NCBI GenBank assembly: GCA_963675595.2
Contig: CAXXLZ010000002.1
Span: 1,248,001 to 1,312,000 of the forward strand
Direction: 5' to 3'
DNA: 64,000 bases
Origin: Thermodesulfobacteriota bacterium
GTDB lineage: Bacteria > Desulfobacterota > Desulfarculia > JACQYL01
The position numbers and the translations under genes were made by a program. Below the pieces are notes generated by a model that did not search any database, was not told the origin of the DNA, and saw nothing but the letters and a program-made list of their open reading frames with translations. This document shows, in pieces, positions 9,950 through 19,038 of the stretch (its first letter is position 1; each line of letters opens with the position of its first letter).

Positions 9950-10077
9950 GTTTTCGTTTCACGTTCCGGAAGGGAAAACAAGGCGGCTGAGCGTTTTTTG
10001 TGCAAAATCGCGGAACCCGGTTGATGAGGGCGAAACCGTATGCGGGCAGGCAGCCGGCGGGACGACATCCGTTCCTT

Positions 10078-10201
10078 GCGGACTGTCGAAAAACGGTGAG
10101 ATTCAAGGCGCGCAAATCCCGAGGCACGAGACGCACAAAGAATCACGTCTCAGCGCCCAACGATGAAACGCCACGCCGAAGATCGCGTCTTTCAACGGCC
10201 C
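10078..10201 (+). repeat. About 125-bp palindromic repeat (family 2)
   Basis: GCGGAC..GAAAAACG..CAAGGCGCGCAAA..GATCGCGT.TTTCA; homologous to 18892, 23721, 29262, 37807 and 40571. Confidence 0.8.
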
Positions 10202-10262
10202 CACAAGAAGGTCGCCTTCCTGGACAATGGAAAACCCTGTGCTATAGTCGTCCGACGGGAGC

Positions 10263-10481
10263 ATTCAGAGGAGTATCCGAGGGAATCCTTTTTGAAAAAA
10301 GCGGTCCCTCGGGCTCCTTCCCAAGAACTTGAGGTGCTTCAATATGCCGGACGGCACATGCCTCTCGTTTTGCGAATCGCGTACGCGATTCGCAAAAGCG
10401 CAACGGGGGTCCCGGGGGGCCATTGGTCCCCCGGCGGGGAGTGCAGGGGAATGGCGGCCCCCTGCGGCACACCTCGTGAAT
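10263..10481. repeat. Family-1 repeat with module Z (30-bp perfect palindrome)
   Basis: Termini ATTCAG...GTGAAT. Contains TTTTGCGAATCGCGTACGCGATTCGCAAAA. An inverted homolog lies at 23540-23681. Confidence 0.8.
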
Positions 10482-10525
10482 GGACGCCGTCCGACAATGC
10501 CTGATGCGTTGAGAAGGAGACCTTC

Positions 10526-11905
10526 ATGAGAACACGGTATGTACCTTGGATCCTCGCCCTTTTACTTGTGGGATTTTCAGCCGCGTTTCCCGGGCCCTGC
10601 GGTTCGGCGCCCCTCCCGGAATACTCCATAACCGACCTGGGAACACTGGGCGGCGACGTCAGCATGGCCTACGATGTCAATGAACAGGGCGCCGTGGTAG
10701 GCAAATCCACGACCTCGGACGGTGCCTATATGTCGTTTTATTGGGATTCCAAGTCCGGCATGGTCGCCATCGGGCTCGGGAAAGCATTGGGATTGAATAA
10801 TCTCGGCCAGGTGGTGGGAAACCATCACCAACATAATGATAACGCGTTCATCTGGGATGCCGTGGATGGATTTGCCTATCTGAATAAAGGAGATTTTCTG
10901 TTCGCCACGGCCAATGGAATCGGCGATTCCGGGAAAGCCGTAGGTTACGCGCGCAACTACAATGATATCGACGGCACCCGGGCCCTGCTTTGGGACCCCG
11001 CATCCGACACCTTCAGCATTCTGGAAGGTCTGGAAGGGCCCGCCTACGCCTCCGCCATAAACGGTTTCGAGGACGTGGCGGGTTACTCGGGAGACCCGTG
11101 CCGAGCTTTCCTATGGAACCGTTCGGAGGGCATCACCTATCTGGACGCCCTGAATGACGAAGGATGGAGTTACTACGCCGCGGATATCAACGATGAAGGT
11201 CAGGTGGTGGGGTACGTGCGAACGGCCTCCGATGAATTTCGCGCCTTCATTTGGGATCAGGAAGCCGGCATGCGGCTCCTCTCAGGAGAGGGAGAAAGTC
11301 GTGCCTTGGCGGTCAATCGGTACGGGCATGCGGTGGGCGCGCAAGGCACCTTGATCGGCCTTGGGGGAACGGCGTATCTCTGGAAGGACGGAGAGAGAAC
11401 CGATCTCAACGACGTGATCCCTTCCGACTCCGGTTGGGAGTTAAGGGATGCCAGAGGCATCTCCGACGCAGGCCTCATTTGCGGAACCGGTCTGTTTAAC
11501 GGTGAGCTCCACGCCTTTTTGTTGGAACCTGCGGCTCCCATCGCGGCGGGCGTCAAAGCGAACGGCGTTGATTCGTCCATCACGGTGGCATCAACGGAAC
11601 CGGTGAGCATCACCGTGTCGTTGGATCCCGGCTCCCATGCGGGAGAGACCGCCGACTGGTGGATCGCGGCACACGCCTCTTTCGACCTTACAGAAACCTG
11701 GTATTCGTATGTCCATCCCACGGGCTGGATGCCCGAGGTCCATGTCTGTACTCGGACCGGCCTGTTCGCCCTTTCCGAAATCGAGGTGTTCAACACGCCC
11801 TTGCCTCCCGGAAATTACACGTTCTATTTCGCTCTGGACGATCCCGATGGAGCCGCCGCCGGGCCGTGGTGGGCGCTGGATTCGGTCGAGGTAACCGTGG
11901 AGTAG
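10526..11905 (+). CDS. Secreted HAF-repeat (extracellular beta-propeller) protein with an extra C-terminal beta-rich domain
   Basis: Signal peptide; YSITDLGTLGG; repeated A.[DG]IN..G.VVG and AFIW; closing TDLNDVIP.DSGW.L..A..I...G.I.G.G...HAFLL. Confidence 0.8.
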   Translation: MRTRYVPWILALLLVGFSAAFPGPCGSAPLPEYSITDLGTLGGDVSMAYDVNEQGAVVGKSTTSDGAYMSFYWDSKSGMVAIGLGKALGLNNLGQVVGNHHQHNDNAFIWDAVDGFAYLNKGDFLFATANGIGDSGKAVGYARNYNDIDGTRALLWDPASDTFSILEGLEGPAYASAINGFEDVAGYSGDPCRAFLWNRSEGITYLDALNDEGWSYYAADINDEGQVVGYVRTASDEFRAFIWDQEAGMRLLSGEGESRALAVNRYGHAVGAQGTLIGLGGTAYLWKDGERTDLNDVIPSDSGWELRDARGISDAGLICGTGLFNGELHAFLLEPAAPIAAGVKANGVDSSITVASTEPVSITVSLDPGSHAGETADWWIAAHASFDLTETWYSYVHPTGWMPEVHVCTRTGLFALSEIEVFNTPLPPGNYTFYFALDDPDGAAAGPWWALDSVEVTVE

Positions 11906-11917
11906 CCGGCCGGGAGA

Positions 11918-12027
11918 TCGAATCCTGAAGGCCTGCGTTGGCTTTGGCATATCCGATGGTCGGGCTCACAAGATACCCGTCGGCGTCCGGATCAATTATG
12001 AAGTGCTCGTTGATTTCCCGGATTTGC
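11918..12027 (-). pseudogene. Degenerate fragment of a DUF2283-like small protein
   Basis: Minus frame reads QIREINEHFIIDPDADGYLVSPTIGYAKANAGL, resembling the C-terminal half of DUF2283 (E.....IDxDxxGxLVxxxI..AK); the N-terminal half is missing. Confidence 0.4.
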
Positions 12028-12261
12028 ACCCGCCGGCTTTCGCCCACAAATCTTGTAGAAAAACCCTGCAAAAATGCGGATACTTGCCACCACTCTCATC
12101 ACCGTATAAGATGCGTGTCGCAGGAGCGGTGCGCCGAACCTTTCATTGTCCTCTCACTGATGCACCCGGGTCTGATGGACGGGATACCGATCAGCGTATC
12201 CTATCAGCCGCATCTCGTTTAACAAGACTGTTGAATGGGATGCGCATGCCGAAGGAGCCCT

Positions 12262-13458
12262 TGGATGAGGATGATCTTGACCATTTGTGCCGTGGTTCTA
12301 GTCGCGTTTGCCATGATCGCTCTGATCACGCTTTCCACCCAAAGTAAGCCCCCCATTGTCGTACGATACGGAATCACCCCGTACCATGACACCGTACTCC
12401 CCGTCGTGGCCAAGGGCCTGGGGTGGTACAAGGAAGACGGCATCCAAATCGACCTCGTTCCCACGCCCTGGGACGACGTGGCGACCGACCTGGCCGACGG
12501 CTCCATAGACGTGTCGGTGGTTGACATCAACTCGTTTCTTTCTTCGTATCCGAACCCCGCCGAAAGCGAAAAGGCTCCGATTTTCTATTGTCCCTTTTTC
12601 GTTTTCGAGGGACGGGCCATCATGGTGCATGGGGAATCCGAGCTCGGACCTTTGTTGGGAGAGAAAGGCGAGCCAAAGGCGGATGAGGCAAAGCGAGTCG
12701 CGGAAATCGCTCGTCGGCTCAGGGGGAAAAAGATCGGTTTCCCCAAAGGGACCGACCTTGAGCGGATGGTGCACGCCGCTTTGAAAGTCGCGGGGCTAAA
12801 CCCCGAAAAGGACGTGGAACTCGTCCCCGCCTCGCCTCGGGACTCTCTGGCGGCATTCATGGAAGGCGACTTGGATGCTTTTGCAGCGGGACCGAGCGAA
12901 CGAATCGAAGCGCGTCTCAAGTCGGACGCCGCCGAGCTGCCGCTCCCTGCGAACTTGATGACTCCGGTCATCGACGGGCTGGTGACCACGGAACGGTTTG
13001 CGAAGAAGAATCAGGAAGCGCTGGACAAGCTGGTCCGAATCTGGTTCCGAACCGTCCGCTTTGTTGAAAGTGATTTTGAGAATCATACCAGATACATACT
13101 ACAGTATTTGGACAAGTCCGACGGCACTCGCTATTCCGCTCCGGAATACAAGATCGCGTGGTCCTTCGATGTGTTCCTGCGCGACCCTTCTTCCGCCAAT
13201 GATGTTTTCAACGAAAAGACCTCTCCGTTTTTCTGGAGGACCGCTTGGGACGCCGGCAACGAATCTCTGCCGGCATCGCGCCGGATAACCGACCCCGTAC
13301 CCCACTCGGCCTACTGGGGTGAGGAAGTGCTTCGAAGGGTCCTGATTCACCGGGTCACCCGGAAGAGCGTATTTCCAGCGGCCCCCTCCTGCGCGCTCCA
13401 TCTTGAGGGGCACGGAGCGCAAACGGCGCGTTTTGCCGGTCCGGCGCATCCAGGCTGA
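12262..13458 (+). CDS. ABC transporter substrate-binding protein (NitT/TauT, NMT1-like); start uncertain
   Basis: N-terminal membrane anchor; GWYKEDGIQIDLV, LRGKKIGFPKGT, ALKVAGLNPEKDVELV and GDLDAF. The last ~37 codons lie inside a repeat. Confidence 0.75.
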   Translation, partial: WMRMILTICAVVLVAFAMIALITLSTQSKPPIVVRYGITPYHDTVLPVVAKGLGWYKEDGIQIDLVPTPWDDVATDLADGSIDVSVVDINSFLSSYPNPAESEKAPIFYCPFFVFEGRAIMVHGESELGPLLGEKGEPKADEAKRVAEIARRLRGKKIGFPKGTDLERMVHAALKVAGLNPEKDVELVPASPRDSLAAFMEGDLDAFAAGPSERIEARLKSDAAELPLPANLMTPVIDGLVTTERFAKKNQEALDKLVRIWFRTVRFVESDFENHTRYILQYLDKSDGTRYSAPEYKIAWSFDVFLRDPSSANDVFNEKTSPFFWRTAWDAGNESLPASRRITDPVPHSAYWGEEVLRRVLIHRVTRKSVFPAAPSCALHLEGHGAQTARFAGPAHPG

Positions 13459-13735
13459 GACGCTCTCGTGAAGAATCCCGGCCATTACCCCCCTGCACTT
13501 CGACCTCGGTTACGACGCACGGGCGAGCAACCTTCTCAAAAAGGTTCAGGCAGGTCTCACCGCCTTGGGAGGAGAGCCTGAGGGAATAAATAAGGTTTCC
13601 TCAATAACTTGCAGCGTTCCCAACATCTCCTGAATCGGCGAAGAAGTTCCCAAGCTCCGCTTCGTCACGGACCGGCGGGACGAAACCCGCAAGGGGGCCC
13701 GGGGGAACATCCGTTCCCCCGGCGACCCTGTGAAT
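13345..13735. repeat. Composite family-1 repeat with inverted termini
   Basis: Left end ATTCACCGGGTCACCCGG; right end (reverse complement) ATTCACAGGGTCGCCGG. Interior carries inverted modules X (13505-13545) and Y (13545-13735). Confidence 0.75.
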
Positions 13736-13742
13736 GAGAAAG

Positions 13743-15386
13743 TCATCGGTACGTCTGTCGCATGGCTTTCTTATTCAGCTTGCCCACACTGGTCTTGGGG
13801 ATTTCTTCCACGATCTCATACCGGTCCGGCACGCCGTATTTGGGCAGGCGTCCTTCTTCCGCCGCGCGCTTCATATGGGCCTTGAGATCGGCCGCGGTCA
13901 CCTGATCGCGAAATTCAGGCCTGAGCACCACCAGCATCAGCGGCCGTTCGACCCATTTTTCGTCCGGAATCCCGATGGCGGCGGATTCCAGCACGGCCTC
14001 GTGCCGGCTCATGATGTTCTCCAGGTCCAGCGACGACACCCATTCCCCGCCGCTCTTGATCACGTCCTTGATCCTGTCGGTAACCTGAAGGTAACCCTCC
14101 CCGTCGATATGGCCCACGTCTCCGCTGTGGAGCCAGCCGTTGCGCCAGAGCTCCGCGGACTTGTCCGGCGCCTTGAAATAGCTCATGGTGAGCCAGGGCG
14201 CCCGCATGATCACTTCGCCCGCGGACACGCCGTCATGGGGCAACGGTCGGTCGTCGGGGCCGGCCACCTCGAATTCCACCAGGGGAACAGGCAAACCGGT
14301 CTTGCAGATCACATCCAGCAGCCGGTCTTCCTCCAAGTCCGTCATGTGCGACTTGGGTGTCGCCAGACTGATCACCGGGCAGGTTTCCGACATGCCGTAT
14401 CCGGTGCAGATGGTGATGCCCATCTTTCGGGCCGCGGCGGCCAATCCTCGGGAAAGGGCGGACCCGCCGATGATGACCTTCCACCGGCTCAAGTCGATGT
14501 CCTTGACCGCCGGGCTGTTCACGAGCATCTGGAGGATCGTGGGAACGCAATGGGAGAAGGTGACTTTTTCCGTTACGATGAGTTTCAGCAGCATGGCCGG
14601 TTCGTATTTCCCCGGATAGATCTGCCGGGTGCCCAGCAGAGTGGCCACATAGGGCAGGCCCCAGGCGTGGACGTGGAACATGGGGGTCATGGGCATGTAC
14701 ACGTCGTTGGAACGGAACCGGCCCATGGTTTCGTAACTTCCCAACGCCACGGAAAGGGACAGGGTGTGCAACACCAGCTGGCGGTGAGTGAAGTGCACGC
14801 CCTTGGGATCACCGGTGGTGCCGGTAGTGTAAAACGTAGTGGCCTTGGTGTTTTCGTTCAGATCCGGAAAATCGTAGCACTCGGGCGCGCCGGCCAGGAG
14901 ATCCTCGTACAGCAGGTCAAAGCCCACCGAAGAATCGGGAGCGCCCCCTTCCTCGGAAATCACCACCACGGACCGCACGTGGGTCAGCTTGTCCCGGATG
15001 GCTTCCAGGATGGGCAGGAAGTCGCTGTTGATGAGAATGGTCCCGGCTTCCGCGTGTTCGAGGGTATAGAGAATCTGATCGGCGGACAGACGCCAGTTCA
15101 CCATCTGCATGACCGCGCCCATCATGGGAATGGCGAAAAAAGCCTCCAGGAACCGGTTGCTGTCATAATCGAACACCGCCACGGTATCGCCCGGCGTAAC
15201 GCCCAATTTTGCCAGACCACCGGCCAGGCGGTGAATCCGTTCATTCAGATCCCTGTAGGTGTAGCGCATCTTGTCGCGGTAGACGATCTCCTGATCGGGC
15301 GCCTGGATCAGCGCCGTGTTCAGCAACTTCTTGATGATCAGGGGGTAATCGTAAAATTCACCGGGCGTGTATGCCTTTTCGCTCAT
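13743..15386 (-). CDS. Fatty-acid/acyl-CoA ligase (AlkK/DmdB-like AMP-binding enzyme)
   Basis: Motifs YTTGTTGDPKG, PMFHVHAWG, GYGMSET, WLHSGD, DRIKDVIKSGGEW and PKTSVGK; RBS GGAGGAG. Confidence 0.92.
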   Translation of the reverse strand: MSEKAYTPGEFYDYPLIIKKLLNTALIQAPDQEIVYRDKMRYTYRDLNERIHRLAGGLAKLGVTPGDTVAVFDYDSNRFLEAFFAIPMMGAVMQMVNWRLSADQILYTLEHAEAGTILINSDFLPILEAIRDKLTHVRSVVVISEEGGAPDSSVGFDLLYEDLLAGAPECYDFPDLNENTKATTFYTTGTTGDPKGVHFTHRQLVLHTLSLSVALGSYETMGRFRSNDVYMPMTPMFHVHAWGLPYVATLLGTRQIYPGKYEPAMLLKLIVTEKVTFSHCVPTILQMLVNSPAVKDIDLSRWKVIIGGSALSRGLAAAARKMGITICTGYGMSETCPVISLATPKSHMTDLEEDRLLDVICKTGLPVPLVEFEVAGPDDRPLPHDGVSAGEVIMRAPWLTMSYFKAPDKSAELWRNGWLHSGDVGHIDGEGYLQVTDRIKDVIKSGGEWVSSLDLENIMSRHEAVLESAAIGIPDEKWVERPLMLVVLRPEFRDQVTAADLKAHMKRAAEEGRLPKYGVPDRYEIVEEIPKTSVGKLNKKAMRQTYR

Positions 15387-16296
15387 GTCGTTCTCCTCCG
15401 TTTTCCGTCCATCCCGTGTTTCAACCGTTCACGCGGGGATCGCGGCTTCATCCCTCGACCGTGGAACGGGCCCGATCGTGCGGCGCCGGCGTGCCCTCCA
15501 CCCGAGGAACGACGCAGCAGCCGATGCCGATTCTTATTGGGGTTCTCCATTTCCTGCATCCGGTCCCATGGACCTGCGGGAAGATCGCTCACCCGAATAC
15601 CGATCTCATCCAAGGACTCCCCCAGTCGTAAGAAGCCCTTGTCCCCTTGGTGGATGAGATTCGACACTCGAACGCGACGTCCTGGAACCTCCAATGCATG
15701 CTGCGAATCTCCGAAACGGACGCTCCGCAGGCGTTTGTTGCCGGTTTCCGGGTCCTTCGGATTGAAGGCTCGCCTGGGACCTCCAACCGCTCGAAATCCC
15801 GGGCATGCCGCCTCCGAACCCTGACTGAATCACCATTCATTTTCTTCCAACCATACCTCTACTTTGAAAACTCCGCAACCTCTTTCACGACATTATTTCC
15901 AGGTAACCCGTACCGAGTACCGCCGACATGACGGATCACGCTGGTGTCCATAGGCTTTGAAGTTGAAACGGAGGATTACCCGTGAATGGAGGAACGGGAG
16001 AACATTTTCGTTGGGTAAGGATGAGAATTTACGCTAAACTGCCGGTTCAAAGCATGCGAAGATTGAAAGTCAACGAAGCAAAGCCGGAGAACCGTGGGGT
16101 TGAAGCGGAGATGAGAGAGTTATCTACAAACACCGTTAGGGGAAAGAATACTGCTTGTTTCATGCCCTTTGCTCTACGGTTTTCTTGGACACCGAATTGG
16201 GATAAGACCGAAGGAGCCAAAGGATGACACGATTGGCCCGGGCAAGTTTGCACGTCCCTCCGGATTGATTAACGGTTTGTCGGTATAACCGGATTA

Positions 16297-17931
16297 TTAC
16301 AGGTTGTTACGGAGCCCCTTCATGTCCATGACACAGGCGCCCTTGCCCATGGCTTTGGCTCGGTACATGGCGGCGTCCGCCCGCTTGACCAGGTCGCTCA
16401 CCGTGCTCTCGTGATCCGGGAAAACGGCCGCGCCCACGCTGGCTCCGATCCGGGCCGCACCCGCTTTGAGTTCGAAGGGCCGCGACAGGGTCGCCACCAC
16501 CTTTTCCCCGATGAGCTGGGCGTCTTCCGGTTCTTTGATTTCAAAAAGGATTGCGGCGAACTCGTCTCCCCCAAGACGCGCCACGGTATCGGACTTGCGC
16601 AGATTTTTCTTCAGCGCCCCTCCCACCTGTATCAGCAGCTCGTCTCCCGCGTCGTGACCCAAGGTGTCGTTGATTCCCTTGAACCCGTCCAGATCGATGT
16701 ACAACAGGCCGAGCTTCCGCCCGAACCGGGTCGCATGAGCGATGCCCTCCCCCAGCCTGTCGAAAAACAGGACTCTGTTGGGCAGACCGGTCAGGGAGTC
16801 GGTCAAGGCCATTTTGACAAGCCGGTCCTGATAGATGCGGCGCTTGGCGACCGCCGCAGCCAACTGCCACGCACCATAGGACAGGATGAGGAACAATCCG
16901 GCTCCAATCATTAAGAGCCGGCTCATCAAGGCCCGTGAGTGGGCGGTAATGACCTCGCAAGGAACGCGGGAAACCAGAACCCAGAAGTACTCGGATGGGT
17001 CTAAATGCTTTCCGCTGGGTGCGTTGGGTTCGCATGAACCGGAACTGGAACCGGAAACCTCCAACAAGGGGTAGACGGCGGCAAAAGTGATCAAACCGTT
17101 TTCCGTACGCACCTGCCCCGTGCGCCGCTCCCTGATCATGCGCCATTCCCGGGGATATGCATTGGCCAGGGAGAGCCCGGCCCGGTCGTCGAACATGAAC
17201 CCCCACTCCTTTTGCTCGTCCGGGTGCAGCAACCAGTACCCGTCCGAGTTGACCAGCATGGCCACGCTCCGTGCGCCGGCCCCTTGCGCCTCGATGCGAC
17301 TCAACAGCCCGGCGGCCAGGTAGTTGAGCAGCACAACGCCCCGTTTGTTCCCGTCACAATCGATGACGGGTGTGCCGAAGCGAATCATGGGCTTGAGAGG
17401 ACGTTCCACTTCGCCCAGCTCCACATTGAGATCCAGAGGTGAAACAAAGACTTCCCCTCTCCCCAGTGCAAATGTGTCCGCAAAATAATAACGCCCGGAC
17501 TTGTTCTGCAGTTCGCCCTCCGGCACAACACGAGGCTTACCGGCGGCGAAATTGACCCGCACCTTCTCCATACCGTCGGCGTTCAGGTAACGAATCTGGT
17601 CGTAAATCCTTTTGACGTCCACCAGTGTCAGGTATTCGTCTTGAATCGCCCGCAGCGCCTTGGCGTCTTTCCGTTCCAGGTACGCGTGTAGTTCGTTTTG
17701 ACGAGACAAGAACAGCAGGTCGCCCACGATGACGTCGAACTCGTCGCCGATGGCGGCGGCCTGCCGCTCGAGAGCACGCTCCTCCCGCTCTTTCAACTCG
17801 GAGAGGAAGGAATTGAGGTCCGCACGGTAGAGCAAGGCAACCGCACCCGCGAGCAACGCACCCATGGCCAACGACAATATTAAGAATAACTCCAAAGCCT
17901 TCCCGGCAAACCGAACGCGTTGTTCACTCAT
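16297..17931 (-). CDS. Membrane diguanylate cyclase with periplasmic Cache sensor
   Basis: Two transmembrane helices flank a dCache domain (YDQIRYL, SPLDLNVE, PMIRFGTP). GGDEF is intact, with I-site RKSD. Confidence 0.88.
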   Translation of the reverse strand: MSEQRVRFAGKALELFLILSLAMGALLAGAVALLYRADLNSFLSELKEREERALERQAAAIGDEFDVIVGDLLFLSRQNELHAYLERKDAKALRAIQDEYLTLVDVKRIYDQIRYLNADGMEKVRVNFAAGKPRVVPEGELQNKSGRYYFADTFALGRGEVFVSPLDLNVELGEVERPLKPMIRFGTPVIDCDGNKRGVVLLNYLAAGLLSRIEAQGAGARSVAMLVNSDGYWLLHPDEQKEWGFMFDDRAGLSLANAYPREWRMIRERRTGQVRTENGLITFAAVYPLLEVSGSSSGSCEPNAPSGKHLDPSEYFWVLVSRVPCEVITAHSRALMSRLLMIGAGLFLILSYGAWQLAAAVAKRRIYQDRLVKMALTDSLTGLPNRVLFFDRLGEGIAHATRFGRKLGLLYIDLDGFKGINDTLGHDAGDELLIQVGGALKKNLRKSDTVARLGGDEFAAILFEIKEPEDAQLIGEKVVATLSRPFELKAGAARIGASVGAAVFPDHESTVSDLVKRADAAMYRAKAMGKGACVMDMKGLRNNL

Positions 17932-18328
17932 CGATTTTTCCTGCGAATGCAAATATGACGGCAGACGGCAAAGCGGACCCCAATGCCGGGCCCACTCTTC
18001 GGCATGCCTTCACGACATCGCTGTGGCCGTAAGCAAGGGTCTGCCTGGTGCGTTTTCCCCGCAAACCTCTCCGCCCAAGGCGGCCGGACGGCGACGAAAA
18101 GATGGAAACGGCGCGGGTGGAGACTTTTTCCAAAGCCTCCCTCCACGAGAAAATACACCCCATTCGATGGGTTGTCGAAGCCGCTTAGTTCCAGCCGGGG
18201 CCTACGGCCTCTCCGAAGTCTCGGACGGCAATCGGGTGTAAGGACGACCTGAATCTGAGCCTCCCGGGATCAAGTTTTCCATGGACGACGGCCCGTTGAA
18301 ACCGTCCGTTCGCCGTGAGCCGTGTCTT

Positions 18329-18772
18329 TCAGAAGCCCCTACCTCCTCTCCCCGCTGATTCCAGAATCCACGCGGGTACTTCGTCGCTGCTCGATACCTT
18401 CGCATTATTGAGGAAGGTCATGTTGGTCGGGGCGCCGGAGTCTCCCGCATCCGACATCAAGGGACCATTCACTCGATAAGTGCCGCCTTTGATGTAGACG
18501 TTGATGGTACAAATTCCACGATCATTGCTTGCACGGATGACCTCACGGGCGTGCTCGATCGTCAAGAAGGGATCGTCCATATCGCCGCTCGCATAGTCGC
18601 TTCCGTCCATGGCCACCCAGTAATCGATGGTGCAGAGATTGGGAGAAGAATCATCCAAAGAACAGGCCGGAAGCAAGAATAGAAGAAATAAGACCAACGC
18701 CGCAGCCAAGAATGAAAGCCTGTGATATAATCGACCTTCATGGTTCGATACCATAGACATCGTCTCTTTCAA
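18329..18772 (-). pseudogene. Internally deleted right-handed beta-helix (pectate-lyase-like) lipoprotein gene
   Basis: Signal peptide and lipobox LPAC, then the typical N-cap WVAMDGSD..SG...PFLTI..AR..IR..VYIKGGTY...P....DSG, joined directly to a short C-terminal-like tail; no beta-helix coils. Confidence 0.55.
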
Positions 18773-18891
18773 TTACCTTTACGACGCGGGTTTCATCCGG
18801 GCAAGATTTGATTACCCTAGCTTGACACATACAAAGTCGCAATATGCGGGTCAAGAAGAATGAAGCCGCGAAGGGGAAACCCCGGACTATT

Positions 18892-19014
18892 GCGGACCGG
18901 TAAGAAACCATGACGGACAAGGCGCGCAAACCCCCGGCAATAAGACGTACATACAAGTTCGTCCCGGTGACGAGGAACGAAGTGCAACAACGCGGATCGC
19001 GTTTTTCATCGGCC
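18892..19014 (+). repeat. Family-2 repeat copy
   Basis: GCGGACCGG..CAAGGCGCGCAAA..GACGTACAT..GTGACGAGG..GCGGATCGCGTTTTTCA. Confidence 0.8.
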
Positions 19015-19038
19015 TAAAATCACAAGGAGGAGATCGGC

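Noticed and set aside
10368-10397. CRISPR repeat or integron attC suggested by the perfect palindrome and dispersed repeats
   Set aside because: No regularly spaced repeat-spacer array, no cas or integrase gene, and no GTTRRRY/RYYYAAC core sites; copies occur in both orientations.
13734-15824. 696-aa plus-strand ORF
   Set aside because: Antisense shadow of the acyl-CoA ligase in GC-rich DNA; no recognisable motifs.
15400-16290. Possible degraded gene (RxxxR/PilZ-like peptide, short TTGGAGGT(C/T)CCAGG duplication) in a 900-bp gap
   Set aside because: No frame gives a convincing domain; evidence is too weak without a database search.
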